Part shown: positions 39,301 through 51,993 of the stretch, in pieces
Layout: each line of letters begins with the position of its first letter
Position numbering within the stretch: position 1 is the first letter of the stretch
Source of the DNA: Cenococcum geophilum
Lineage: Eukaryota
DNA length: 64,000 nt
Direction: 5' to 3'
NCBI GenBank assembly: GCA_050273025.1
Contig: CP158635.1
Location: 22,382,001-22,446,000 of the forward strand
The notes under the pieces: generated by a model
Told to the model about the DNA's origin: nothing
Database searches by the model: none
Seen by the model: only the letters and a program-made list of their open reading frames with translations
Position numbers and translations under genes: made by a program

Positions 39301-42300
39301 TAGTTATAAAGTACTTAAGGTTATAATAGTCCGTAAGGACTTTAGTTAGCTAGTTAGGCTCTAATAAGAAGAGTTCTAGTTAGAATTCTTTAAACGCTTA
39401 TATAATTATAAGGAGTTCTTTATTATAGATCTTATAGTTATACTCTTATAGTATAAGCTTAGATAAGTAGAATATGACTAGGTAAAGGAGACCGTTATTA
39501 CCCATCTAGGAGAGGACGCCTATGTTAACATAGTCTAAGGAGTTGGTTTTAAGGTAGAGTTATCGTCCTAGTATAAAGTGAGCTAGGATAGGTGCTTTAG
39601 TAAAGGCATTTTTAAGGTCTTAGAACGCCTTTTTGTATTTAGGCGTCTAAGTAAAGCGTAGGTATGTTTTCCTTCCTTTTATAAAAAGGCCCTTCGTTTA
39701 TATTATTGCTGTAAGTAGTACTACTACGCCTAAAAAGTTGTATATAAATTTCTAATAGAAGTTAGCGAAATTAAGGAAGGCTTATACGTCCTTAATGTAG
39801 TTAGGGGCTTGCTATTTAGTAATTATACGTACCTTTTTAGGGTCTATACGGACCCTTAGTAATAATAATTAGTTTAAGGTATTATACTTCTATAACTAAG
39901 AATTTATATTTCTTTAAATTAATATAAAGTCCTGCGTCCCTAAGGCGCTATAGGACCTTTTAAACGTATTTAGTATGCTTAAAGGGGTTATCGCTATAAA
40001 TAAGTATATTATCTAGGTACGTAGAGTAGAAGTCATTAAGGTAGTTCTATAAGGCGTTATTAATATAGCTTTAGAAGGTGCCTGGGCCATTATATACGCT
40101 AAAGGGTATAATAGTATATTTAAATTGGCTAAAGCGCAATATAAATATAGTTTTCTATTTATTACCTTCCTATATTTAAAGATAGTTAAAGGCAGCAATA
40201 ATATTAAGCTGAGTATAGATTTTAGCTTAACTAAGCCGCTTAAGGGTCTCACGTATAAGTGGTACTAGGTATTAGTTTTTAATTATAATAGCGTTAAGTC
40301 CTCTATAGTTAACGTAGAATTAAATACCTCCTTTTAGCTTCTTAGCGAGAAAAATAGGGGTGGCTACTAGTAACATGCTAGGACGAATAAATCCTTTATT
40401 AAGGTGCTTGTTAATATACTTTTTTATAACTAGAAGTTCATCTTTTAATATTAGATAGGGTCTCTTATAAGGTAGCATTTTTCCTTATTTAATGTTAATG
40501 GTATAGTTATTAGGTTAATATAGGGGGAGTATATCTACGCTCTTTTGTAAGTATATATCGGTAAAGTTATAGTACTTCTTAGGGAGGAGCTTACGGAGTT
40601 CTTTATTAGTAAGTCCTTTTTTAAGCTTTATAAACTTCTTAAAGTCTAAAGATAAAAGTCCGTAGAGTTCCGTAAGGGCGTTATCTTCTAAAAAGTTAAC
40701 TATATCTATCCTATTACTATAGAGGATATAGTTCTATTCTTTATTAAGCTTATATAGTTATAATTAGGAAGCTATAGTAACGGTCTAGCCTTTCTTATAT
40801 ACTATACGGTAGAAGGCTAGGGCACTTATATAGTAGTAGTTAGTTATAGGTAGGGTAATAAGGGGTTTCTTAGGTTAATATCCTAGGGAGTAAATAGAGG
40901 CGGCTAGGCCATGCCCTAGGTAAGTCTCTCTACAGTATTTAGAGTTAAAGGTTACTTTTCTCTTCTTCTAGTTAATAGCGGGGTTGTATTATTTAAGCTA
41001 GTTTATTTTAAGGATAATAGGGTAGTTAGTAAGTGGTATAATATAGGCCTAGAGTTCTTCCTAGTGCCCATTTATATCTAGGTAGAGTTATACTATATAG
41101 GTAATCTTCTATATAGTATAATTATTATTAGCAAGTTATAGTGCGCGGGCTTTAGTAAGGGGTAAGGTAAATAGGTTATAAGTACACATAAATTAAGTAT
41201 CTATAAATTTATTAGTAGCTCCGCAATTAATTATAGAATAGCTTTTATATTATTTTTTAGTAGTAGTTCCTATTATAGGTAAAACTATCTATTTCCGTCT
41301 ATTTATATTTATAGAGTTATCTATTAAGCAAGCCAATATATAGATCCTTCCGTTATTAAGGCGTCCTAACCCGTAACTTAGGGCTAGGACTTAGCGTTTT
41401 CCATTTCCATATCTAACTCTACTACTATTACTACGTCTTTATCTTATATAGTAGTGGCGTATAGTAACATATTTGGTATTTAGGGTATTAGGTTAAGTAT
41501 TAGGCGGCGGCTACTAAACCTAGCTATTAGGCAGTTTAGGTTATCGCGATAATAGCCTTCTTAACGGCATCTATAGTAGCGTCCTAGTTTCTAGAGTAGC
41601 TTACGCTCTCTATCTAAGAGTTTTTATAGGAAGGTTAGTATAGAGAAATTAATATTAGTTCCGGTAGTACTTAAGGTAGTAGATATTAGTGGCTTAGTAT
41701 ATATAGGTTTGGTAGGCCCAGAGGGCTTTTATAAAAAGGTCTTTAGGTAAGGGTTAGTAATAGCAATTTAATTTAGTCGTTATTTAATCTTTTATAAAGC
41801 TGCTACTATATTATAAACATTATTATAGTTATAGCTGGCGGCTGCGTAACTAAGGCAATAAGTAACTTTTTTAAGGAGGTCCTTTTAGTCTTTAGTATCA
41901 TCTTAGGTGAGGGCTCCGGTATATTCCTAAAATTTAATATAAAATTCGTTAAATAATTTAGTAGGGCTTATCTTTAGGGTACGTAGTTTAGCTTAGTTGG
42001 TGGCTAGTAGGTTATAGTCGCGGTATATTAAGTTAAGATTATTAAGGACTTTTTAGTAGGACTGCTACTTCTAGGGGCTACTAGTCTCCTATTAGGCGAA
42101 GAGTCTATTAAATAGTATACCCTTTATTCGCCCGATAATATAGCTAATCTTAATATCTTTTATAGGAAAAAGGTAGGCGCTTTAAGTTAGTTTCTTGCGG
42201 ATTTATATCTTCTAGTAGCTATATTTTTTGCAGTCTCCCTAAAAGACTAGGGGATTAGAGTAGCGTATATTAGACTTTATAGTGGCAGTTTAGGTCTAAT

Positions 42301-44197
42301 TATTATGGCTTTTATTATTGCTGCTTTAGTAGGGGTTTCTATTAGGTAAAGCTACTTAGCGCTAGCCCTCCGTTAAGCGTTAAGTAGGTAAAGTTGCTAG
42401 GGGCATAGAGACTTAGGTGGCGTTATATATAGTAAAGAGGTATTTAGTATTATTACAAATGTACTTATTAAGCTAAGATTATAGGTATTTAATTATGCCT
42501 TCTCTTTTAGTGGCTGTAGTAATTAGTGCAATCTTAGCCTTCTTTAACTATTAGACGTTGCGTTTAGACACGCAGAGGTCGTCTTTAGTTTCTTAACGTA
42601 TATTATTAGTAAGCGCCTTACAAGCTTATAGGTCTTAGATAATATCGCGATCTTAAGTAGTACGCATCTCGGCTTATATAAGCTTTAGGTGGTAGTTCTA
42701 TAAAAGGCGGTAGTATTTATTAGGGTCTTGTGCTACCATTTTTATAAACATCTCGGCGTCTTATATTTTAATTTTAATAGGTAGTAGCCCTTCTATTTGC
42801 TTATCCGTAGTTATATAGTTAATAAAAAATAAGATATTATTAGTATCCGTCTCCTTAGGGGTTAAGGCTAGGGCTAATAAATTAAATTCTCCTAGGATTG
42901 ATTGGCGTTGTAGGTTAAGTATAGGTATTGGATTATTCTTTAGGTTTAATATAGTAGCTAGTAAGGGATATTGTCTTACTATTGTAGGTTCCTTAGAAGT
43001 ATAAAGTGAGGTAATTTATAAATACGCTGCTTTTAGCAGCGCCTGCAGTATTATAGAGATGTAAAATTGGTTGTAGGCTAAGCGTTAGTGGTAAAAAAAA
43101 GGCGCAACGTAATGTTATGGGACGGGGGCAGTAGCTATAAAGCGTATATATTCGAGGAGTCTATAAGACGTTACGCGATCGATCGTAAAGGTCGAGGGCG
43201 TAAGGAGGTAATATACCTACGCGTAGCTGATATAAGCTATACGCGAGGTGTATATAAGAGCACGGGGCTCTCCTATAGAGGCCTCTGTGGTGGGGTTCCG
43301 TAATATAAGTCCTCCACCTTTATATACTTGGCAGCAATAAGTTAGCCACCCTATAACTCGCTTAGTCCTCTATAAAGAATTAAAGTTAAGGTATTAAAGT
43401 CTCTAGCGTTTTTATAGGTAACTAGGGTGTGGGTTAACTCTAAATTTTATATTAATAAGGTAGGAATTTTAAGGATAAATATAGGATATCTCTCTTAATA
43501 TTAAAAATGGGATTTTATTTTAAGAACTAGATCTAATTCTAAAGACTATATCCTATCCCAATTTTAAGCTAAACGTACTAAATATAGCTAAAAAGGTATA
43601 GCGTTAAGCCAAGCGGTTTAATAGTCTTAGAAAAAAAGGAGCTATTTTTAATTATAGCTTAAGTTACAATTCCGGGAACGGAATTTAATTCTAAAACTAA
43701 GATCCTAATTTGGGTTTATAAAGTAGACCAATTAACTACTATAAAAAGGGCGCGATTCTAAAAAAGGATCTAGTTCTAAGAACTGGATCCTAGTTATAGG
43801 AAATAGGTCAATTAAGCGCTATAAAATAGGGTTAGCTATATCTATATTTAGCATATTAGGTTTAGCTCGTTTTAGGACTAGCTATATAAGTAATTATAAG
43901 TGCTTATATAACCAACCCAATAATTAACTTATTGTCGCCAGCTATACCTTACCTAGCGCCTTTTAGCATTACTATATTAGAGCCTTACTTTATTTAAGCC
44001 TTATATATTACGGAATAAACTAAAAGCCAATAACTATAATTACTAATAAATGCTACCTGCAACTTTCTACTTTAGGTCATTATAGCTTAGCATTTAACTA
44101 AGCCCTGCGAAGCCTTAGTCTAAGCCACGTTAGGTTGGCTTAACTTTTCCACACCCAATCTTTAATCCTCGCGTTCGCTTTACCTCAGCAAGCTCAG

Positions 44198-47136
44198 ACC
44201 AATAGTATCTCCACAGGTACATTTATATGGCTGATTCAGCGGCTAAGTCACGATTACGCGGGCGAGGAGGTCCGTGCGTTTAGCAACTGTAGAGGTTACC
44301 CTATATCCACAGTCGATTTTTGATTGCCAGCAATACCGCGCTCTTAATACCTGTTAAATGCTATACGTAGAGCCTACTAAGCGCTTTCTACTTGCACTAG
44401 AATGGTAAAAATTGGCCATAGGTTAATAAAGATATTTATGTTTTAAGTTACGCGCCGCTATTACTAAAGTACCCTATTAAATTTATACGGCACTAAAATA
44501 AGCCCCTAGGGGGCTATAGACGAAGGTTTTAATAAAGGACCTTTTAGTATCTTATTAGAAGTTATATATATAACTATTTTAAAGCTTTTCTACCTACTTA
44601 AAGCCGTTTATAAAGCTAATTTAGTGAGTACTATATTTACTCCTACCGTAGATTAACCTACTATATAGCCGCTTCCTTACTAACCTTCTAGACCTATATA
44701 ATTTGCTTAATCTCCTTAATAACCTTAAGCTGTAGGGAGTATTATTAAACCTCCTTTTACTAGCCGGCCTACTATTTACTACCCCATTTAGAATCTAGTG
44801 CTGCTATAAAAAAATTGCCTTCTAGCCCTTTAGTTTACTTACGCTAAAGGGCCTATATAAAGTTTACCGCGCGGCTTATATAGTATATAGGTAAAGACCT
44901 AGACTTAGGCTCTAGCTAGGACTGCGGCTCTAGCTATAGCTATAGCAGCAGCTATAGCGGTGGCGGTAGCGGCGATAGTAGTAGCGAAGCTATATAGGAA
45001 GGAGAGCCTATAGCGCTTACCTAGGCAGACGTATATCTACTAGATCCCGTAATAGATAGAGCTAAAGGGGCTACTTCTATAGGCGGACGTAGGGGGTTAA
45101 TAAACCGGCCCTAAGGCTATACCGTAGCTATAGCCGTAGCTATAGCTAAAGGGGCTTCTAGTTAAAATGTAAGGCCTCTAAATATTAGCAATTAAAGCTG
45201 CGAAGACTAAGCCTATTAGGACTTATCTAGATAGTCTAATAAGCCCTTAACCTTACTAGCTATCTACTTATATTTAGTATATAAAGCCTTTAGTTAGTTA
45301 GTAAGGAGTAGCATAGCCTAGTAAAGAATTAACAGCTAATTTAGGCTCCCCTTTTCCTATAGGTAGGGCTCTAGATTCTATATAAAGGCCTTATATGCCT
45401 TATACTAAAAAACAGGGTAGCTTTATACTAGATAGCTTAGGAATATCTTATAGAGGGCTACTAAGTCCTATAAAATAACCTTATAGAGGTAAAAGAGAAG
45501 GTTTATAACCCTTATAGCGGTAAAATTATTAATCTAGTATAGCTATAGGCTAAAACAGCCCTTCCATTTATCCAGTTTAGGCTATATTATTAATAGCAGT
45601 ACATTAGGCGGCGTAATACCCGTACGGTAGATTTTAAAGCAGCCCATCTATAAGGGGTACCCTATTATTAACCTTATAAACTCTTATAGGAGAGAGTTTA
45701 AGTAACAGCTTACTATTTACTCTTAGTTTTACCTCCTAGCGCGCTAAATCTAGTCCTTACTAACCCCCTTTAGCTCCGCCGTCTTAGCGCTAGCGCTTTG
45801 CCTAATATACGTCTTCTTCTCTAAAAAGACACTAATGTACTAAAAGGCCTTTACGACCTAATCTCGCTATAAGTTATATAAGAGGGCCGCCTCGCGGTCC
45901 CTACTACCCTTAATTAGGCGTATATTATACTATACTAAGCGCCTACTAAAGTCCGGAAATAGCTCTGTACTAAGATCCTAGTAATATAAGAGATAGAAAG
46001 CTAGCCTACTAAGTATATAAATAAGTGGCTTCCTATTCCGTAGGGCCCTAATAGTCTTAAGGCGGCCGTACTAGTTCTAATTACCTACGCGTATAGTAAA
46101 TATTAAGGGCATATAGCGTATAGGGCCTTTACCCTTAAACTTAAAGGTAAATAGATCTAAGATCTTGGCGGAGTGTCTATTACCGCCGTAGGTAAGTATA
46201 TAATAGCCTAGTAGGATATTAATAAGCGTATAAAAGTAGCACTTTAGGGATAAGGTAGCGCCCCTAGCCTAAAGCTTACGGTAGACGCTCTAAAACTCGT
46301 CCTTAGTATAGCCGTTAAAAAGGGTATCTCTACTCTTATCAGCAAACTGCTCTTTCTTATACTACGCGTCCCTTTACTATAGCGTCTTTAGGTACTCCCT
46401 AACGCTATCCTCCCGCAAAGACGGGTGGCTATTAATTTTTATAGCTTTCTATATCTAATAGAGGTCCATTAAAGCGGTAATATAGCTATAAACTAACTAC
46501 TATAAGAGCCGCGTTTCCTCTTAGGGTACGTTAATATCGGCTTTACAGCTCTTCCCTTTTAAGGGCCGGCTTATAACCTCCTTAATAAGGAAGAGAAGTA
46601 GCTTATCCTTTATAACAGTATTACTATTATAGTACTACTTTTATTTATAGAAGGCCTAAAGCCAGATAATATATCAGCTATAGGCCGCAATACTTTTAAA
46701 AGGGGGGGAGGTATTACCTTAAACTCCTTCTACTTTAGATTATATATTAAAGATATATTCTTAGGCCTTATAGTACGCGTAAGGGCAAGGACATACTATA
46801 TATTAGCGTATAATTCGGCATTATTAGCAATATTAATCTCTACGTGGTTGGTTAGCGCTATTTTATATAGTAGGTATAATAGCAGACATGCTACTACAAT
46901 TAAGGATTAGGTAGGGAGGACTTTTTTATATATACTTAGGGCCCTAATACCCCTAATTACCCTATAGTTAGGGTTAATTAGCGGCTTAATTAGCGGGTAG
47001 CCCTAGATACGCGAATCTCCTCAGCTTAGCGCTAGTGGCGCTATAGAGATCCTTAAATCTAACCCAGGTAGCTGGCTAAATACGTGATTTTTTAGCTAAC
47101 CAAGGATTAGCCGGGCAGTCAATACTATAAAATTAA
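44198..47136 (-). mobile_element. Crypton tyrosine-recombinase element, left copy
   Basis: Reverse complement of 47193-50131; mirrored coordinates sum to 94329 at both ends, start and stop; differences seen are transitions. Confidence 0.92.
44574..46861 (-). pseudogene. Crypton YR (NDC10-II-like) plus GCR1_C protein, RIP-inactivated
   Basis: Mirror of 47468-49755 including the intron. Confidence 0.9.
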
Positions 47137-47192
47137 TTAGCGGACATACGTATATCCGCAAGCAGATATCGCTAACCTTTTTTATTAAAAAG

Positions 47193-50131
47193 TTAATTCT
47201 ATAGTATTAACTACCTAGCTAATCCTTAGTCAGCCGAAAAATTATATATTTAGCTAGCTACCTAGGTTAGATTTAAGGATCTCTACAGCGCTACTAGCGC
47301 TAAGCTAAGGAGATTCGCGTATCTAGGGCCACCCGCTAATTAAGCCGCTAATTAACCCCAACCATAGGGTAATTAGGGGCATTAGGGCCCTAAGTATATA
47401 TAAAAAAGTCCTCCCTACTTAATCCTTAATTACGGCAGCATATCTACTATTATACCTACTATATAAGATAGCGCTAACTAACTATATAGAGATTAATATC
47501 GCTAATAATACCGAATTACGCGCTAATATATAGTATATCCTTGCCCTTACGCGTACTACAAGGCCTAAAAATACGTCTTTAACGTATAATCTAAAGTAGA
47601 AGAAGTTTAAGGTAATACCCCCCCCCCTTTTAAAAGTATTGCGGCCTATAGCTAATGCATTATCTGGCTTTAGGCCTTCTATAAACGGAAGCAGTACTAT
47701 AATAGTAATACTATTATAAAGGATAAGCTACTTCTCTTCCTTATTAAGGAGGTTGTAAGCTAGCCCTTAAAAGGGAAGAGCTATAAAGCCGATATTAACG
47801 TACCCTAAAAGAAAACGCGGCTCTTATAGCGGTTAGTTTATAGCTATATTACCACTTTAACGGACCTCTATTAGATATAGAAAGCTATAGGAATAAATAG
47901 CTACCTATCTCTACGGGAGGATAGCATTAGGGAGTACCTAAAGACACTACAGTAGAGGGACGCGCAGCGTAAGAAAGAGCAGTTCGCTAATAAGGGTAGA
48001 GATACCCTCCTTAACGGCTATACCGAGGACGAGTTCTAAAGCGTCTGCTATAAGCTCTAGGCTAGGGGCGCTACCTTATCCCTAGAGTGCTACTTCTATA
48101 CGCTTATTAATATCCTACTAGGCCACTATATACTTACCCGCGGTAGTAATAAACGCTCTACTAAGATCTTAGATCTATTTACCTTTAAGTTTAAGGGTAA
48201 AGGCCCTACGCGCTATATGCCCTTAATATTTACTATATATACAGGTAAGTAAAACCAGTACAGCCGCCTTAAAACTATTAGGGCCCTATAGAATAAAAAG
48301 CCGTTTATTTATATACTTAGCGGGCTAGCTTTCTATCTCTTATACCGCTAGAATTTTAGTACGGAGCCATTTCCGGACTTTAGTAGGCGCTTAGTATGGT
48401 ATAATATACGCCTAATTAAGGGCGGTAGGGACTATAAGGCGGCCCTTTTATATAACTTACAGCGAGATTAGGTTGTAAAGGCCTTTTAGTATATTAGCGT
48501 CTTCTTAAAAAAGAAGACGTATATTGGGCGGAGCGCTAGCGCTAAAACGGCGGAGCTAAAGGGGGTTAGCAAGGACCAAATTTGGCGCGCTAGGAGGTAA
48601 AACTAAGAGCAGATAATAGGCTATTACTTAAACTCTCTCCCGCAAAAGTTTATAAGATTAATAGTAGGGCACCCCTTATAAATAGGCTGCTTTAAAATCC
48701 GCCGTATGGGTATTACGCCGCCTAACGTACTGCTATTAACAATATAGCCCAAACTAGATAAATAGAAGGGCTATTTTAGCCCGCAGCTATACTAGATTAA
48801 TAACCTTACCACTATAGGGGTTATAAACCTTCTCTTTTACCTCCGTAAGGTTATTCTATAGGACTTAATAGCCCTCTATAAGATATTCCTAAGCTATCTA
48901 ATATAGAGCTACCCTATTTTTTAATATAAGGCGTATAAGGCCTTTACGTAGGATCTAGAGCCCTACATATAGGAAGAGGGGAGCCTAAATTAGCTATTAA
49001 TTCTTTACTAGGCTATACTACTCCTTACTAACTAACTAAAGGCTCTACGCGCCAAATATAAGCAGACAGCTAGCGAGGTTAAGGGCTTATTAGACTATTT
49101 AGATAAGTTCTAGTAGGCCTAGTCTTTATAGCTTTAATTACTAATATCTAAAGGCCTTATATTTTAACTAGAAGCCCCTTTAGCTATAGCTACAGCTATA
49201 GCTATAGTATAGCCTTAGGGCTAGTTTACTAACCCCCTACGTCCGCCTATAGAAGTAGCCCCTTTAGCTCTATCTATTACGGGATCTAGTAGATATACAT
49301 CCGCCCAGGTAAGCGCTATAGGCTCTCCTTCCCGTATAGCTTTGCCACCGCCGCCACTACCACTACTATAGCTATAGCCGCTGCCGTAGCCGTAGCTAGA
49401 GCCGCAGTCTTAGCTAGAGCCCAGGTCTAGGTCTCCACTTATATACTATATAAGCCGCGTGGTAAACTCTATATAGGCCCTTTAGCATAAGTAGACTAAA
49501 GGGCTAAGAGGTAATCCTTTTATAGCAGCGCTAGATTCTAAATAGGGTAGTAGATAGCGGGCTAGCTAGTAAAAGGAGGTTTAATAGTACTCCCTACGGC
49601 TTAAGGTTATTAAGGAGATTAAGCGGATCGCGTAGGTCTAAAAGGTTAGTAAGGAAGCGGCTATATAGTAGGTTAATCTACGGCAGGAGCAGATATAGTA
49701 CTTACTAGATTAGCTTTATAAACGGCTTTAAGCGGGTAAAAAAGCTTTAAAATAGTTATATATATGACTTCTAATAAGATACTAAGAGGTCCTTTATTAA
49801 AAAATTCGTCTATAGCCCCCTAGGGGCTCATTTTAGTGCCATATAAGTTTAATAGGGTGCTTTAGTAATAGCGGCGCATAACTTAAAACGCGAATATCTT
49901 CATTAACCTATAGCCAATTCTTACCATTTTAGTGCGAGTAGAAAGCGCTCAGCAGGCTCTACGTATAGCGCTTGACGGGTATTAAGAGCGCGGTGTTGCT
50001 GGCGATCAAAAATCGACTGTGGATATGGGGTAACCTCCACAGTCGCTAAACGCACGGACCTCCTCGCCCGCGTAATCGTGACTCAGCCGCTAAATCAGCC
50101 ATACAAATGTACCTGTGGAGATACTATTGAT
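47193..50131 (+). mobile_element. Crypton tyrosine-recombinase element, right copy
   Basis: Single YR gene; 5-bp terminal direct repeat TTAAT/TTGAT; subterminal ATAGTAT (47201) and ATACTAT (50121); no long TIR. Confidence 0.92.
47468..49755 (+). pseudogene. Crypton YR (NDC10-II-like) plus GCR1_C protein, RIP-inactivated, intron 47612-47673
   Basis: RPKNT...; DKGRDTLL(D)GYT; LLGHY.LTRG..(K/R)R; GK(Q)NQY.R; KKT(H)IGRSASA..AEL.GVS..QI.RAGR(W); G(C)YL.SLP; C-terminal MSR...(W).E(W)..GL.GNP.I.ALD.K(W)G..(W)R typical of GCR1_C. Confidence 0.92.
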
Positions 50132-50579
50132 GTTCAAAGCGGCAGTATATTTTAGGTAATATTCTAGCCTAAATAAGAAGGCGGTAATGTAAAACCTTCA
50201 TAACTAGGGTCACCTTCATAACCCCATCACATACGTTATCCCGAGTGTGGCAACAGTATCTGAGCGACGATCGTGCTTCTGTGGTGGTTCAAAGTCCACC
50301 AGCTGATTTGAGAGATGCGTGGATCCCTAATGAGGCCGTATGTCTGAGCCAAAAGCGGCTTAGCTGTTACTTATTTCCTGACGCTGTTATATGCGACTCC
50401 ACTTACCTTCCCCGCACCTTATCGACATGGCTGAACCACCGCATCCGCACTCATCTCCAAAGGTTCTTCATCAACAATTACTGTCAAGTCTGTGCCCTCA
50501 TCCCTATAATTTGTCCATCGTGATCTTGACGAGTGGAGAAGCCGGTATTGTGGCTTAACACACCTGCACTCCAGCGAAC

Positions 50580-51766
50580 ATGGCGTTAGTAGCGCTCTAT
50601 GATACATTCCAACTCCCGCAAGGTACGAGGTCAATCAGAGTCGTTCGGCTGAACGATCAGTCGCCTATTGGATTGGGAGTCGAACTCGAGCTTCGTGTTG
50701 TTGACTTCGACGCTGCTAGCGTCGACTACACCGCATTATCCTACATGTGGGGTGATCCAAAGCAGACGGCCTGCGTGCTTATCGACAATTACCCTGTGGA
50801 GATTACGCGGAATTTGTGCGCCTTCCTGTCGGAAATGCAGCGGCAGCACAGATGCGAATGGTTCTGGATAGATGCATTGTGCATCAACCAAACAGATAAC
50901 GAGGAGAAATCACGCCAAGTGCAGATGATGGGCGAAATTTATCAGCGCGTACTGCTCCACTGTAATCAGCACATTCATGAGTTATAGACTGATGCTTCAC
51001 GCAGGCGAGCAAGGTCATGATCTGGCTCGGTATTTGGGATAGGGACCCGCTGCTGATACCACGGCTGCTCGACAAAGTTGCCAAAGTACTTAGGTTATCT
51101 GACAACAATGGAGAAGGAAAATACTCGATGTATACAGCTGCAGAACTGGATGCTATTCGCGATCTTTGCCACCGGCCGTACTGGCAACGAGTTTGGACAG
51201 TTCAAGAACGGGTACTTGCTCCCAAGCTAAGCATTGCCTGCGGAAGCATGCACATTGAATGGGCATCTTTCTTAAGCAACTTAGCACGGCATATGGGAGA
51301 CATGTTCACACAGGACACCGAGGATTTGAAGGCCTTGAACATAACCCTCCAGGATTCACCCGCAATGCAAATTATAAATAAACAAACCTCCTGGGAGAAT
51401 CAGCGGAACAACCAAGGCGTCACGATTGAAGATCTACTCTTCCAATATCGCCTCCTTCAAGCCACCGACCCAAGGGATAGAATCTATGCGCTCCTGGCCT
51501 TGGTCACTCCACCGGCAAAATGGTGGCTGGATGCGAATCCCGACTACAAAGAACCAACACCTATCCTCGCGGACTACTCAAAGACTGCGATTGAGCTGTA
51601 TGAATACATTTTGACATTGAAATATCCGCAGGGCGCAAAGACGAAGAGCATCGACGCAGAAATTGTTGCGGGAATTCTGCCTGCTACTCTTGCTTTGAGT
51701 CCCAATGACACTAAGGTCAAAGAGATCATCAACCAATATTTTCCTGATGGCTGGGATCCTAGCTAG
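50580..51766 (+). CDS. HET-domain (PF06985, het-6-like) protein, 376 aa, intact; exons 50580-50948 and 51005-51766
   Basis: YTALSYMWG, FWIDALCINQ...EKSRQVQMMGEIYQR|ASKVMIWLG, RPYWQRVWTVQE, ATDPRDRIYALLAL; 56-nt GT...CTGAT...CAG phase-0 intron joins the two track ORFs; no RIP signature. Confidence 0.95.
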
Positions 51767-51993
51767 GATCGGACAATAGCTGCGTATTTCAGCGAGGTTT
51801 GAATTGCGAATATGGCGTTTCAGTTCAAGGTGATTTGACCGCCTGATAACGAAATATACGGCCGAGATCTTTCTCTCAATCCTTTAATAACAAGCCAGAA
51901 GAATAATCTACATGCTGAGAACCTGCTGTCAAACAGACCTAGACTTTCTCAAGCATTAAATTATATCTATAGTTCAAGGTGCCAGACCATACC

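Larger units (their letters stand above)
28593..43305 (-). mobile_element. Ty3/gypsy chromovirus LTR retrotransposon (Ty3-A), interrupted by Ty3-B
   Basis: 193-bp LTRs 28593-28785 and 43113-43305; TSD TAAGT (28588-28592, 43306-43310); minus-strand PPT next to 28786; RT YLD(D)I ~40010; chromodomain EWTI.QII.SK... ~29120-29310. Confidence 0.96.
28310..43455 (-). pseudogene. Small RIP-degraded orphan gene split by Ty3-A
   Basis: Frame reads through the TAAGT target site: ...LIAAKYIKVEDL(Q)AYYK(Q)IL...EIPIGALIL...FFGFLKALS.VQFTFLLRIPFV. Confidence 0.4.

Noticed and set aside
44574..49755. Starship captain (DUF3435) or host NDC10/GCR1 gene
   Set aside because: YR plus GCR1_C architecture in ~2.9-kb units with short terminal repeats fits Crypton.
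50245..51614. Alternative-frame ORFs around the HET gene, and treating 50580-50987 and 51017-51766 as two genes
   Set aside because: One canonical intron joins the two into a single complete HET domain; the others are shadow frames.
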